Of a DNA stretch of 35,865 nucleotides, positions 18,676 to 26,191 are shown in pieces. How positions within the stretch are numbered: position 1 is the stretch's first letter; each line of letters starts with the position of its first letter. Both the position numbers and the translations under genes were made by a program. Below the pieces are notes generated by a model. The model saw nothing but the letters and a program-made list of their open reading frames with translations, was not told the origin of the DNA and made no database searches. The stretch covers positions 1 through 35,865 of the IMG/VR virus record IMGVR_UViG_3300048858_000109. The stretch is one strand, 5' to 3'. Origin of the DNA: a virus. Taxonomy: Duplodnaviria; Caudoviricetes.

Positions 18676-19220
18676 GCAGCATCAGCAGCGATAAGCCCTT
18701 CAGCTTCCAGAATGTGCTGTGCTTCGGTCAGAGCCTGATCGACCATGCTCTCCAGCCCCTTGCGAATATCCCTCCTCCACCGCTCTTGAGTTTTGATCGG
18801 GTGAGGCTCGTCACTCCAGTTATCCATCTCGTACCACGCGGCAGGGAGAACATTTGTACTCCGCTTGCCGTCAACCCCAGGGAGCCGAGGCATCGCCCAA
18901 GTAACGATTGCACAATGCCGGAAGCGCTCTGGCGCTGGCGAACGGTAGAGCCTGGTGATCCCGGCGATAGCTGCGTGCTTGCGATCGACGTGCGTCGAGT
19001 ACTTCGCCACCAACGCACGCCAGTGTTGGGCGCTCAGGTTTTTATGCAGGCGACTGAACACCATGCAGTCCACCAAGAAGGCCGCTTCCTTTCCAACGAT
19101 CTCGCCCTTCTGCTTGGCTGACTGCACCTTGGGCTCGAAGTCACATCCGCCGGCGCTATTGATGGTTTCGGCTGCCAGGGCCCGCACGACCGCCGACAAC
19201 ACGTTGCGATAAATGGCCAT
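18672..19220 (-). CDS. Late-gene antiterminator (Q / AlpA-like)
   Basis: Last early gene, followed by a promoter and terminator; the C-terminal RWRRDIRKGLESMVDQALTEAQHILEAEGLI pattern recalls Pseudomonas AlpA/Q-type proteins. Confidence 0.7.
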   Translation of the reverse strand: MAIYRNVLSAVVRALAAETINSAGGCDFEPKVQSAKQKGEIVGKEAAFLVDCMVFSRLHKNLSAQHWRALVAKYSTHVDRKHAAIAGITRLYRSPAPERFRHCAIVTWAMPRLPGVDGKRSTNVLPAAWYEMDNWSDEPHPIKTQERWRRDIRKGLESMVDQALTEAQHILEAEGLIAADAA

Positions 19221-19222
19221 GC

Positions 19223-19537
19223 TCAATCCCCTGTGTAGTTCGTGCCGCCGGCACCGCGGCGGTTGTTCTGTTCGTACTGCTGATGGGCACCGCCGATGGC
19301 CTGACGCGCCCGGGCCAGATCGGCAACGGCGTTGCGCAGCTTCATGTTCAGCTGAGGCACGAGCTCTTCGAGCGGCAGCGCCTCGCCGGTGTCACGAGTG
19401 ACCCAACCTGAAGCGTTGCAGGCCATGCAGTCAAGCTGGTGGAAAACGCCACTGATGCTCCCCGCGCCTCGACAGGTGCTGCACTCCATCAACGGCTTCA
19501 GTTCCCGTCGAAAGGCGGGGCCATGCTGCTTTTTCAT
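19223..19537 (-). CDS. Small zinc-finger protein (CxxCxGxG ... CxxCxxxG)
   Basis: CSTCRGAG and CMACNASG motifs; coupled to the upstream recombinase by an ATGA overlap. Confidence 0.8.
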   Translation of the reverse strand: MKKQHGPAFRRELKPLMECSTCRGAGSISGVFHQLDCMACNASGWVTRDTGEALPLEELVPQLNMKLRNAVADLARARQAIGGAHQQYEQNNRRGAGGTNYTGD

Positions 19538-20829
19538 GCTTTTGAAACCTCGCCTATGGTTGATTCATCGATAGCCTTGCAGCCCTTAACGGGCGCGGCT
19601 TGTAGCGTATTGCTGGAGTCTTCGTTTCTGGCTCCCTCCAACCCGTGAATGGTGGCAAAACCCTTGGCGTCTAAATGGGCGTGCCACTTCTCCAGAGCCA
19701 CGCGCTTGCGCTCTTCGACCGTGGTATGGATGTACGCCTGCACCGTCCGGCCCATGGCGTGGTTGATCAGCATCTCGCCAATCAGGAAGTCGATGCCCAA
19801 GTCTGCCCAGCCGGTGCGAGCCAACTTGCGCAGGTCGTGGCTGGTCCACTCGCCTTCCCCTAACTGGGTGAATACGGCAGCGGCCTGGCCCTCGGTCATG
19901 CCTTTGCCGTTGCGCGCCGGGAAGAGGTACTGCCCGGTGTAGCCTCCGGCTGCTTGGCGGTCACGATAGCGAGTCAGCAGCGCGCACACCTGATCGGTCA
20001 GCGGCAAGGTGTGCTCGACTCGGGTCTTGGTGTGCGCCGCCGGCAGGTGCCAGGTGCGTTCGGCCAGACTGATGTGCGACCACAGGGCCATGCGGGTCTC
20101 ACCGACGCGAGAACCGTGGCAGAGCATCATCAGAGCCAGCATGCTGTGAGCTGGACGGTGCTCCATCGCGGTGGCCAGGCGCTCGAGCAAGGACTCCACC
20201 TGCACACCGCGCAGTCGCGCCGGCTTGACCTTGATCTTGGTCTTCGAAAAGTCGCTGAACTTGATGCCGGCCATTGGGTTGCTCGGGATCATACCCAGCG
20301 TGTAGGCCTGACGACAGGCGACCACAAGCAGCGCGAAGATCAGCCGCACGAACTCCAGCGACAGAGTTTCCTGAAGTGGCCACATCAGCTGGGTATCCAG
20401 CGTGCCACGGCGTACATCGGCGAAGGCCAGGCCACCCACCCGCGGGATCAGATGGCAGGCAATCGCCGACTTGGCCGTGGCCTTGCGCTTGGCTGACAGA
20501 TGCCGGTCGCGGCTCATCCTGTCGCTGTACCAGGACAGCAGCTCTCCCAGTGTTGCCCAGGGTGACAGTGCGGCGCTGGCCTGGGGATCAGCCGCCAGTC
20601 GCTGCCGAGTCTCGGGCAGCGCGGACAGAACCGCTTTTGCGGACAGGTCTGGATAGGCGCCTATCCGGTGCCACTTCTTGCGCACGACCAGGCTCCAAGT
20701 TCCGCGCGGGCGATCCTCAGTAAACCGGAAGTACAGGCCAGGGTGACGCGGGTCGCGCATCAGCACGCAGGAAGCGTCGGCGGCGCGCCGGCGCAGCTCG
20801 GCATCCGAGAATGAAATAGTCAGAGTCAT
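19534..20829 (-). CDS. Second tyrosine recombinase (arm-binding N-domain plus catalytic domain) in the nin region
   Basis: N-terminal RDPRHPGLYFR...IGAYPDLS (arm-type domain); catalytic R (HGSRVGE), K (TKT), HDLR, H (INHA), Y (QAYIH) all present. Confidence 0.9.
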   Translation of the reverse strand: MTLTISFSDAELRRRAADASCVLMRDPRHPGLYFRFTEDRPRGTWSLVVRKKWHRIGAYPDLSAKAVLSALPETRQRLAADPQASAALSPWATLGELLSWYSDRMSRDRHLSAKRKATAKSAIACHLIPRVGGLAFADVRRGTLDTQLMWPLQETLSLEFVRLIFALLVVACRQAYTLGMIPSNPMAGIKFSDFSKTKIKVKPARLRGVQVESLLERLATAMEHRPAHSMLALMMLCHGSRVGETRMALWSHISLAERTWHLPAAHTKTRVEHTLPLTDQVCALLTRYRDRQAAGGYTGQYLFPARNGKGMTEGQAAAVFTQLGEGEWTSHDLRKLARTGWADLGIDFLIGEMLINHAMGRTVQAYIHTTVEERKRVALEKWHAHLDAKGFATIHGLEGARNEDSSNTLQAAPVKGCKAIDESTIGEVSKA

Positions 20830-21239
20830 GCGGCCACCGTTTGAGGCAGCAGCAGGTATGCCCGCAGCGCCTCCATTGCGTCAAAGTGCCCGCGGCAAAC
20901 CACGGCCAAGTAACCTTGGGCGTTCAACGCCTGGATGAAGGCATGCTGGCTGCTCGATACCTCGGCGTCATGCGGTGGAGCAGCCTTGAATTCAACGTAC
21001 AGGCCGAAGTAGCCGCCACGCGCCATCGGCAACACCAGGTCAGGCACTCCGGCCTTCACTCCTTGGGCCTTCAGCTTCATTGCCACGAGCTTGTGGCGAT
21101 GACCACCGTTCGGGACGTGATACATCAGCTTTGCCGCCGCTGGGTACCGCAATGACAGTTCGGCCATCAGTGCGGACTGTTCCAGCCCTTCGCGATCAAT
21201 GGGCTTGGCACGAACACGCTTAGCCTTGAAGGGAATCAC
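20826..21239 (-). CDS. VRR-NUC nuclease (Holliday-junction resolvase-like)
   Basis: HVPNGG, GVKAGVPDL, LYVEFK, Q..F...L...GY motifs. Confidence 0.9.
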   Translation of the reverse strand: MIPFKAKRVRAKPIDREGLEQSALMAELSLRYPAAAKLMYHVPNGGHRHKLVAMKLKAQGVKAGVPDLVLPMARGGYFGLYVEFKAAPPHDAEVSSSQHAFIQALNAQGYLAVVCRGHFDAMEALRAYLLLPQTVAA

Positions 21240-21538
21240 GCGGCCACCTCCCCTTCACTGACCAAGATATCGATCGTGCGTACTACGCCTTCGAGGTGCA
21301 TGACCCGGAGTTCGTGGCGATTGAATTCAGACTTGCCCCGCCCATCAACCGCATCATGGCAAGCGCTGCACGCCCAGGCGGCCTGCAGGTCGTTGGGCTT
21401 CAGTCCGGTACCGCAGCGCGTGCCCGCCATACGGAAGTGCGCGAGCACCGTGGTTTCAGGGTTGCCATTGCAAACACCCGGCACGCGAATCTGACACTCG
21501 CGCCCACGCGCAGCCTTGGTTAGCTTGGTTTGCCTCAT
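21236..21538 (-). CDS. DUF1364 / YbcO-like putative nuclease
   Basis: AARGRECQIRVPGVCNGNPETTVLAH...KPND...ACSACHD, matching the YbcO family pattern. Confidence 0.88.
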   Translation of the reverse strand: MRQTKLTKAARGRECQIRVPGVCNGNPETTVLAHFRMAGTRCGTGLKPNDLQAAWACSACHDAVDGRGKSEFNRHELRVMHLEGVVRTIDILVSEGEVAA

Positions 21539-21735
21539 GGGCGGTCACCTCCGGCCAGATCGACAACAGTAAAGGTTGAGGGCCACATCCGAGCCCCGTG
21601 CGCCCTGGCAAGTTGCTCATCCCGGTACAGCGCCACCGGTTGCTCCGGCGCGTGCGCAAGATCGAGCAGGTGAGCGCGGCAGTACAGCGCAAAGCGGTAA
21701 TTCGTAAGGTCCGGGGGCAGCAGCTGATCGGTCAT
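21535..21735 (-). CDS. Hypothetical phage protein (66 aa)
   Basis: ATGA overlaps with both neighbours. Confidence 0.7.
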   Translation of the reverse strand: MTDQLLPPDLTNYRFALYCRAHLLDLAHAPEQPVALYRDEQLARAHGARMWPSTFTVVDLAGGDRP

Positions 21736-22415
21736 CGACCGACCCCGGCTCGGCGAGCGCGCAGCTCGGCCAAAGCGGCATTACCCACTTTTGGGTTACG
21801 AACCGGCACCGGTGCAGGCAGCTCGGCTACCGGCAGCGGGTCCAAGTCCTCGCCTCGCCATACCTTGTTAACCTGGGCTTGGTAACGCTTCGCAAAGCTC
21901 GCCATACCCATTTCACGGCTCAACAGGGGCAGGCTGTGGAATCCGGCAGCGGCCGTCGCGTGATAAACCGCTGGGTGAAACCACTTTTCGCTACCGCGCA
22001 TTGCTGGATGGCAGTTGCGCAGGGCTTGCTCGTAGGCGGTCTCGACTGGAGGCAGGCCAACCATTTCAGGAGTGGGCACACAGCCAGCGATGAAGCGCCC
22101 AGGGCTTGGAATGAAGTCTGAGTCTTCGGCGCGGCAGCGGGCCAGCCCGACGTCGATCTGTTCCTGGGTGCAAATGCCGTTCTCAATGAACGCCTTGAGC
22201 CAAGTGGCTTTGGAGTCCAGATACGCTTTCTTGTCCGGCCACGCCTGGCGCCACGCAGTCCGGATGGTACGCAGCTCACGGAACAGCTGGTTGATCACCT
22301 TCCCTGCCTGGGCCGCACGCTCCTGCTGAGCAAGTTGGCCGGACACTGGTGCAACCAACACGCCGTCACGCGCTTGAGCAACGACCGATAACGCTACGTT
22401 TGAAACCTGTCTCAT
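21732..22415 (-). CDS. Replication protein P-like (helicase loader)
   Basis: WLKAFIENGI...Q...GL..CR....FIPSPGRFIAGC motif of lambda P-like proteins; ATG at 22415 overlaps the O stop. Confidence 0.85.
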   Translation of the reverse strand: MRQVSNVALSVVAQARDGVLVAPVSGQLAQQERAAQAGKVINQLFRELRTIRTAWRQAWPDKKAYLDSKATWLKAFIENGICTQEQIDVGLARCRAEDSDFIPSPGRFIAGCVPTPEMVGLPPVETAYEQALRNCHPAMRGSEKWFHPAVYHATAAAGFHSLPLLSREMGMASFAKRYQAQVNKVWRGEDLDPLPVAELPAPVPVRNPKVGNAALAELRARRAGVGR

Positions 22416-23200
22416 TGGCCAACTCCCCGTACCCAATCAGTGCTGTCATCGTCCAGGTCGGTATCCGTCTCGGCACCGGCCGATTTGGTGCGCTGGTTCT
22501 TGATCCACTTGACCAGTTGGAAGCACCAGCCCGGCGCGTTGTGGACCCGCGACTGGTGAGCAACGAAAAAACCTTTGAACCCGGCCAGCAGATCGTCGGT
22601 AACCGAACCAGCTGGCAGTCCAGCGATGGCGAGTTGGTCAGCCAACGGCTTTGCGGCAGGCATCCAACCGGCGAACATCGGGAAGCGTTGGCGATCGTCA
22701 ACGAACAAGGCCTGCCGATCCTGCTCGGCAATCACATCCGAAATCTCGCGCTGCTGCTGCTCTTCGGTTACTTGATGGTTAAGTGACGTATTGGGTGCAG
22801 ATTTCGCACCCCGTTCTGTCGAAATCTGCACCCCGTTCTGCTGTGGATTGCACCCCGTGCGGTTTTCTGCACCCCGCTCTGAACGAGGTGCAGGATTTGC
22901 ACCCCGCTTAAGCGGAAGGTCATACACGACAGGTCGGCGGTCATGACGCTCGATATACACGGCTGCCAGTGCCTGGTTACCTGGAACGATCAGGCCTGAC
23001 TCGCGCAATACCTCAAGCTTGGCGCGCACGGTGCGCTCGGAAAGGCCGGTGTCATCACTCAACGTGCCAGCAGATGGGAATGCGCCGCGGCCATCGGTAC
23101 CGGCGTAGTTCGCCAGGCACAACAGCACATGACGCGCGCTCGAATCGGAAAGTGTGGTCGTGGGGATTTGAAGCGCCCAGGACATTGCTTGAACGCTCAC
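22412..23200 (-). CDS. Replication initiator (O-like, N-terminal winged HTH)
   Basis: MSVQAMSWA...VLLCLANYA...AFPS..TL..DTGLSERTVR; contains internal iterons. Confidence 0.88.
   Translation of the reverse strand: MSVQAMSWALQIPTTTLSDSSARHVLLCLANYAGTDGRGAFPSAGTLSDDTGLSERTVRAKLEVLRESGLIVPGNQALAAVYIERHDRRPVVYDLPLKRGANPAPRSERGAENRTGCNPQQNGVQISTERGAKSAPNTSLNHQVTEEQQQREISDVIAEQDRQALFVDDRQRFPMFAGWMPAAKPLADQLAIAGLPAGSVTDDLLAGFKGFFVAHQSRVHNAPGWCFQLVKWIKNQRTKSAGAETDTDLDDDSTDWVRGVGQ
22794..22906. repeat. Replication origin iterons
   Basis: GCACCCCG at 22806, 22828, 22850, 22869 and 22899, plus inverted GGTGCAG half-sites at 22794 and 22887, inside the initiator gene as in lambda ori. Confidence 0.85.
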
Positions 23201-23949
23201 AACGAGGCTCCAATATTCTTTTCGGCCAGCAGCGCCAGCCCTTTGGTTGTGACGAGGGGATCGAAAGCGGCGCGGTCAGCACCTGTTTCAGGGTCAGGCT
23301 TCAGGGCAGTCACCTTGTGGACCATCAGGCCCGATGCGATGCGAGGCTGATATGCAACCCAACGACCTGACCCACCACGGCGGAAGATCCAGCGGTTCTC
23401 TTGCATCCACGCGAACAATCTGGTCGGGCTCAGCTGGAGCTGCTTTGCGGCGTCACTGATGCAGATCGCACCGCCAGCACTTGCCAAACGATTGATGGCG
23501 GCCACCTTCGGTGCCTGCTTGTCGATGACGCCCTGCAACAGACGGTTCTGCTCGACCTGATCGGCAGCCAGGCGCAGCGCCTCTGCGAACGTCGACGGAA
23601 TTTGCAGCTGGCCGATGACCTGCCCTTCAAGCTCGCGCCAGCGGCGGATCACCTTCATGCGCAGCTCGGCGCTGTAGCCGGTAAGCAGGCAGTGGGTGTG
23701 CTCGCGGTCGAGCAGGTACTCGGTCTGCTTGCGGTTCTGGCCATCCAGATAGATGCATCCAAAAATGGATGGATCTTCTTTGAGATCCGCAAGCATCTTC
23801 TCGATGTCGCGCTTTACGTGGAAATGTTGCTTGGCGGTCAGCTCCGCAATCTCACGCGACGACATAAGCTGCCGCGTCAGGTTTTGATGTGTGCCGGATG
23901 CTGTCGTGACAGCCTGTCCGGTATTGCCTGAGTCGTGGGCAGTGTGCAT
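23197..23949 (-). CDS. Rha-family / antirepressor (Rha N-domain plus ANT/KilAC C-domain)
   Basis: MSSREIAELT.K.H.HV.RDI, LLTGYS..LR..VI.RW.ELE, IPSTFAEALRLAAD, C-terminal VTTKGL; SD GAGG. Confidence 0.88.
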   Translation of the reverse strand: MHTAHDSGNTGQAVTTASGTHQNLTRQLMSSREIAELTAKQHFHVKRDIEKMLADLKEDPSIFGCIYLDGQNRKQTEYLLDREHTHCLLTGYSAELRMKVIRRWRELEGQVIGQLQIPSTFAEALRLAADQVEQNRLLQGVIDKQAPKVAAINRLASAGGAICISDAAKQLQLSPTRLFAWMQENRWIFRRGGSGRWVAYQPRIASGLMVHKVTALKPDPETGADRAAFDPLVTTKGLALLAEKNIGASL

Positions 23950-23977
23950 AATCGACCTCACATTGATGTTGCTGTTG

Positions 23978-24006
23978 AAAAAGCCGGTCTAGCCACCGGC
24001 TTTTTT
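23978..24006. terminator. Bidirectional terminator-like hairpin (tR1-like) between cro and the antirepressor gene
   Basis: AAAAAGCCGGT-CTAGCC-ACCGGCTTTTTT. Confidence 0.75.
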
Positions 24007-24024
24007 GTGCCTGAAATTTGGGTA

Positions 24025-24040
24025 CTGGTTAAAACACCAG
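24025..24040. promoter_or_regulatory. LexA (SOS) box candidate
   Basis: taCTG-GTTAAAACAC-CAG fits CTG-N10-CAG with an AT-rich core. Confidence 0.5.
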
Positions 24041-24112
24041 CTAACGCAATTCACTTTCGGTTTATTCTGTTCGGCCCGATAATTGGTCATGGCCAGCAAA
24101 TACGCTGGCAAC

Positions 24113-24304
24113 TCAAGCGGCTTTGCCTTTGCTTTTCGTAACTTTTCGGTGAAGGGCCTCGATGGCCTTCCCGATTTCGTAACGAGCACCGCCGCCTTTC
24201 GTGATTCTGAAAATGGTCGGCTGGGTCGTTCCGCACTTCTCCGCGATGCGTGCCTGGCTCCAGCCTTGCGCCGCCAAATCGGCAAGCATCTCTGTGATGG
24301 TCAT
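24113..24304 (-). CDS. cro: Cro-like repressor
   Basis: 63 aa HTH (WSQARIAEKCGTTQPTIFRI), divergent from cI. Confidence 0.88.
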   Translation of the reverse strand: MTITEMLADLAAQGWSQARIAEKCGTTQPTIFRITKGGGARYEIGKAIEALHRKVTKSKGKAA

Positions 24305-24336
24305 AAGGGCTACCAATGCGATTTGTAATATCTGCG

Positions 24337-24365
24337 ATAATACGCAAACGAATTACCTCAGGCAA
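24337..24365 (-). promoter_or_regulatory. pR promoter with overlapping operator OR (24339-24354)
   Basis: Minus strand TTGCCT-N17-TATTAT; operator AATTCGTTTGCGTATT matches the two OL sites. Confidence 0.8.
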
Positions 24366-24402
24366 TACACTTCGACCTCCCTTAATACGCCGGGTCGAAA
24401 TA

Positions 24403-25044
24403 ATGACGATCGCAGTTCGGCTACGCACGAAGATGCTCGAGAAAGACCTATCTGAAAATGAGCTGGGTCGGAGAGCTGGCGTGCCTCAGCCAACCATTCA
24501 TCGAATTTTGAACGGTGATAGCAAGACGCCCAGAAAGGCCAACGTGGAAAAGCTGGCACGAGCATTAGGTGTTACACCCGAGTGGCTGTTGTTTGGCCCC
24601 AGCCATGGGAATGTGTTATCAGTGCCGGGTCCGCACAGGGAAGCTAAGGAGTACCCGGTGATTAGCTGGATCGATGCAGGAACTTGGGCTGAGTCGTGCG
24701 ACTTTGGTCCAGGTCGTGAAATGCTGACCTCCCATGAGTACGCCGGGGAGAACGGCTACTGGCTTGAAGTGCAGGGCGATTCAATGACGCCGGTGCAGGG
24801 GAACGGTTTTACCCCTGGTATGCGAGTCCTGGTCCAGCCAGATGGTTTCGATCTGGTCAGCGGAAAGTTCTATATTGCTCGACTTCGCGACAGCGGAGAC
24901 ACAACGCTTAAACAGTACGTTCGCGATTCGGGGGTTGAGTACCTCAAGCCTCTGAACCCTGCCTACAGAATGCTGGCCATGGATGAGAACGTGGACATTA
25001 TTGGCAGGGTTATCGACGTCAAATACCCCGCCTCGTTCCTCTAG
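24403..25044 (+). CDS. cI: CI-like repressor (HTH plus S24 autopeptidase)
   Basis: HTH LSENELGRRAGVPQPTIHRI; Ala-Gly cleavage site (IDAG); catalytic Ser (GDSM) and Lys (TLK). Start at 24403 preferred over 24316. Confidence 0.93.
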   Translation: MTIAVRLRTKMLEKDLSENELGRRAGVPQPTIHRILNGDSKTPRKANVEKLARALGVTPEWLLFGPSHGNVLSVPGPHREAKEYPVISWIDAGTWAESCDFGPGREMLTSHEYAGENGYWLEVQGDSMTPVQGNGFTPGMRVLVQPDGFDLVSGKFYIARLRDSGDTTLKQYVRDSGVEYLKPLNPAYRMLAMDENVDIIGRVIDVKYPASFL

Positions 25045-25067
25045 ACCCTCAGCAGCCAATACGAAAT

Positions 25068-25092
25068 TCCCGCCTCCGAGCGGGATTTTTTT
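25068..25092 (+). terminator. Intrinsic terminator after cI
   Basis: TCCCGC-CTCCGA-GCGGGA followed by seven T. Confidence 0.85.
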
Positions 25093-25108
25093 CGCCCCGA
25101 CAAAAATC

Positions 25109-25161
25109 AATTCGTTTACGCATTAAAATATCTTGACCCTTTCAATTCGTTTTCGTATTGT
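25109..25161 (+). promoter_or_regulatory. pL promoter with two operators (25109-25124 and 25144-25159)
   Basis: TTGACC-N17-TATTGT; operators AATTCGTTTACGCATT and AATTCGTTTTCGTATT. Confidence 0.82.
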
Positions 25162-25272
25162 TTGCCCATCGAAGCGCACAGCGCCTCGGGACACGACTGG
25201 TACAGCCGCCAGATAGCACGGGATCAGCGAAGTGATCTCCCAGCCCCTGAAACACGGGACCGACTGGATGAA

Positions 25273-25346
25273 GCTCTTTAGAAAGGACGGAACAACTATT
25301 TGGAAAGCATCACTGAAGCACCTGGCTCGCCGGGTGCTTTGGGATG
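25273..25346 (+). promoter_or_regulatory. nutL-like boxA and leader hairpin (RNase III-site-like)
   Basis: GCTCTTTA (boxA consensus core) at 25273-25280; long hairpin AAGCACCTGGC/GCCGGGTGCTT before the first pL gene, as in the lambda N leader. Confidence 0.5.
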
Positions 25347-25366
25347 ACAACCACCGAGAGAAACGA

Positions 25367-25768
25367 ATGGATACCACCATCGTAAGCGGGGCATGGAAAG
25401 GCCACCTCGGCCGTGGACTTGCGCCGCGAGAGTTGCAGTTTCTACTTTCAGTCGCCCAGGGCTGCACGGCCAAAGAGATAGCGCGGACGTTCGGCATTGC
25501 GCCCGGCACGGTCGTAAAGCGACTGTCTGTCGCGATGTTCAAGCTGGGCGTGAACCGCCAAACCGCGATGATCGCCGAGGCCATGCGCCGGCAGATCATC
25601 TCCCCCCTGTGTTTCATGCTGGCGTCGCTGATAGCTCTGCATTCAGTCCTCGATAGCGACGCCATGAGGCGACACCGCCGCGCGCCAGAGACACGGCGCA
25701 GCGGGTACGAAACGAAGATCGCTCGCCGTGGGGATGCCAAGCCGCGGCCCCTCATAGCGATCTGCTGA
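25367..25768 (+). CDS. LuxR/GerE-type HTH regulator with an Arg-rich tail (first pL gene)
   Basis: LAPRELQFLLSVAQGCTAKEIARTFGIAPGTVVKRLSVAMFKLGVNRQ is a classic LuxR HTH; ATG at 25367 with GAGAG upstream. Confidence 0.85.
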   Translation: MDTTIVSGAWKGHLGRGLAPRELQFLLSVAQGCTAKEIARTFGIAPGTVVKRLSVAMFKLGVNRQTAMIAEAMRRQIISPLCFMLASLIALHSVLDSDAMRRHRRAPETRRSGYETKIARRGDAKPRPLIAIC

Positions 25769-25821
25769 ACAACCAGCGCCACGTCAGCTTGACGTTAACT
25801 GCCCGATCCTCTCAACGAGAG

Positions 25822-25911
25822 CGCATCGGGGTGTGATCTACCCGGCGGGCACGTCGGGTTCCAGAAATGGTCGAGGGACTTCGTCCCGGTAGGCGATCAC
25901 ACTCCGATGCG
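25822..25911 (+). ncRNA. Structured RNA element 1 (17-bp closing stem with three internal hairpins)
   Basis: CGCATCGGGGTGTGATC pairs with GATCACACTCCGATGCG (one G-U on the + strand); inner hairpins ACCCGGCG/CGTCGGGT, CCA-GAAA-TGG and GGGAC/GTCCC. Confidence 0.55.
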
Positions 25912-25958
25912 GAAGACTTCTGCACCGCGCAACGCGGCCCCCTGCATCAACGCAACAC

Positions 25959-26089
25959 GCAGATGAATGCGCAGGCTGATGCGTAGTTAACGTCGACGAG
26001 AGGCGAATCTGTTTTCGGTAACCATCCCGATTCTCGCGCAAATCGCGAAACGCTCGTCATGCCGGGATCAGCTCCGGCCATCTGCACCC
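25959..26089 (+). ncRNA. tRNA-shaped non-coding RNA candidate
   Basis: 7-bp acceptor-like stem GCAGATG/CATCTGC with a 3' ACC tail, D-like arm TGCGCA/TGCGTA, and a 5-bp T-like stem GCCGG/CCGGC stacked on the acceptor; no anticodon arm or TTC loop. Confidence 0.6.
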
Positions 26090-26104
26090 TCCCCCAAACA
26101 TCAC

Positions 26105-26178
26105 GACCGCATCGGACAGGCGTCAGGCTGGCTATTTCCCAGTTTGGTCACTGGGCTTGGCGCCTGCCCAATGCGGTC
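26105..26178 (+). promoter_or_regulatory. Long hairpin directly upstream of an RBS (processing or translational control)
   Basis: 24-bp imperfect stem GACCGCATCGGACAGGCGTCAGGC / GCTTGGCGCCTGCCCAATGCGGTC, followed by GGAG and the ATG at 26192. Confidence 0.5.
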
Positions 26179-26191
26179 CACGGAGATTCCT

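Noticed and set aside
22794-22906. CRISPR-like repeat array
   Set aside because: Repeats are only 8-9 bp with short spacers, lie inside the replication initiator gene, and no cas genes are present; they are iterons.
25959-26089. Canonical tRNA gene call
   Set aside because: No 7-nt anticodon loop, no TTCRA T-loop and no encoded CCA; kept only as a tRNA-like ncRNA candidate.
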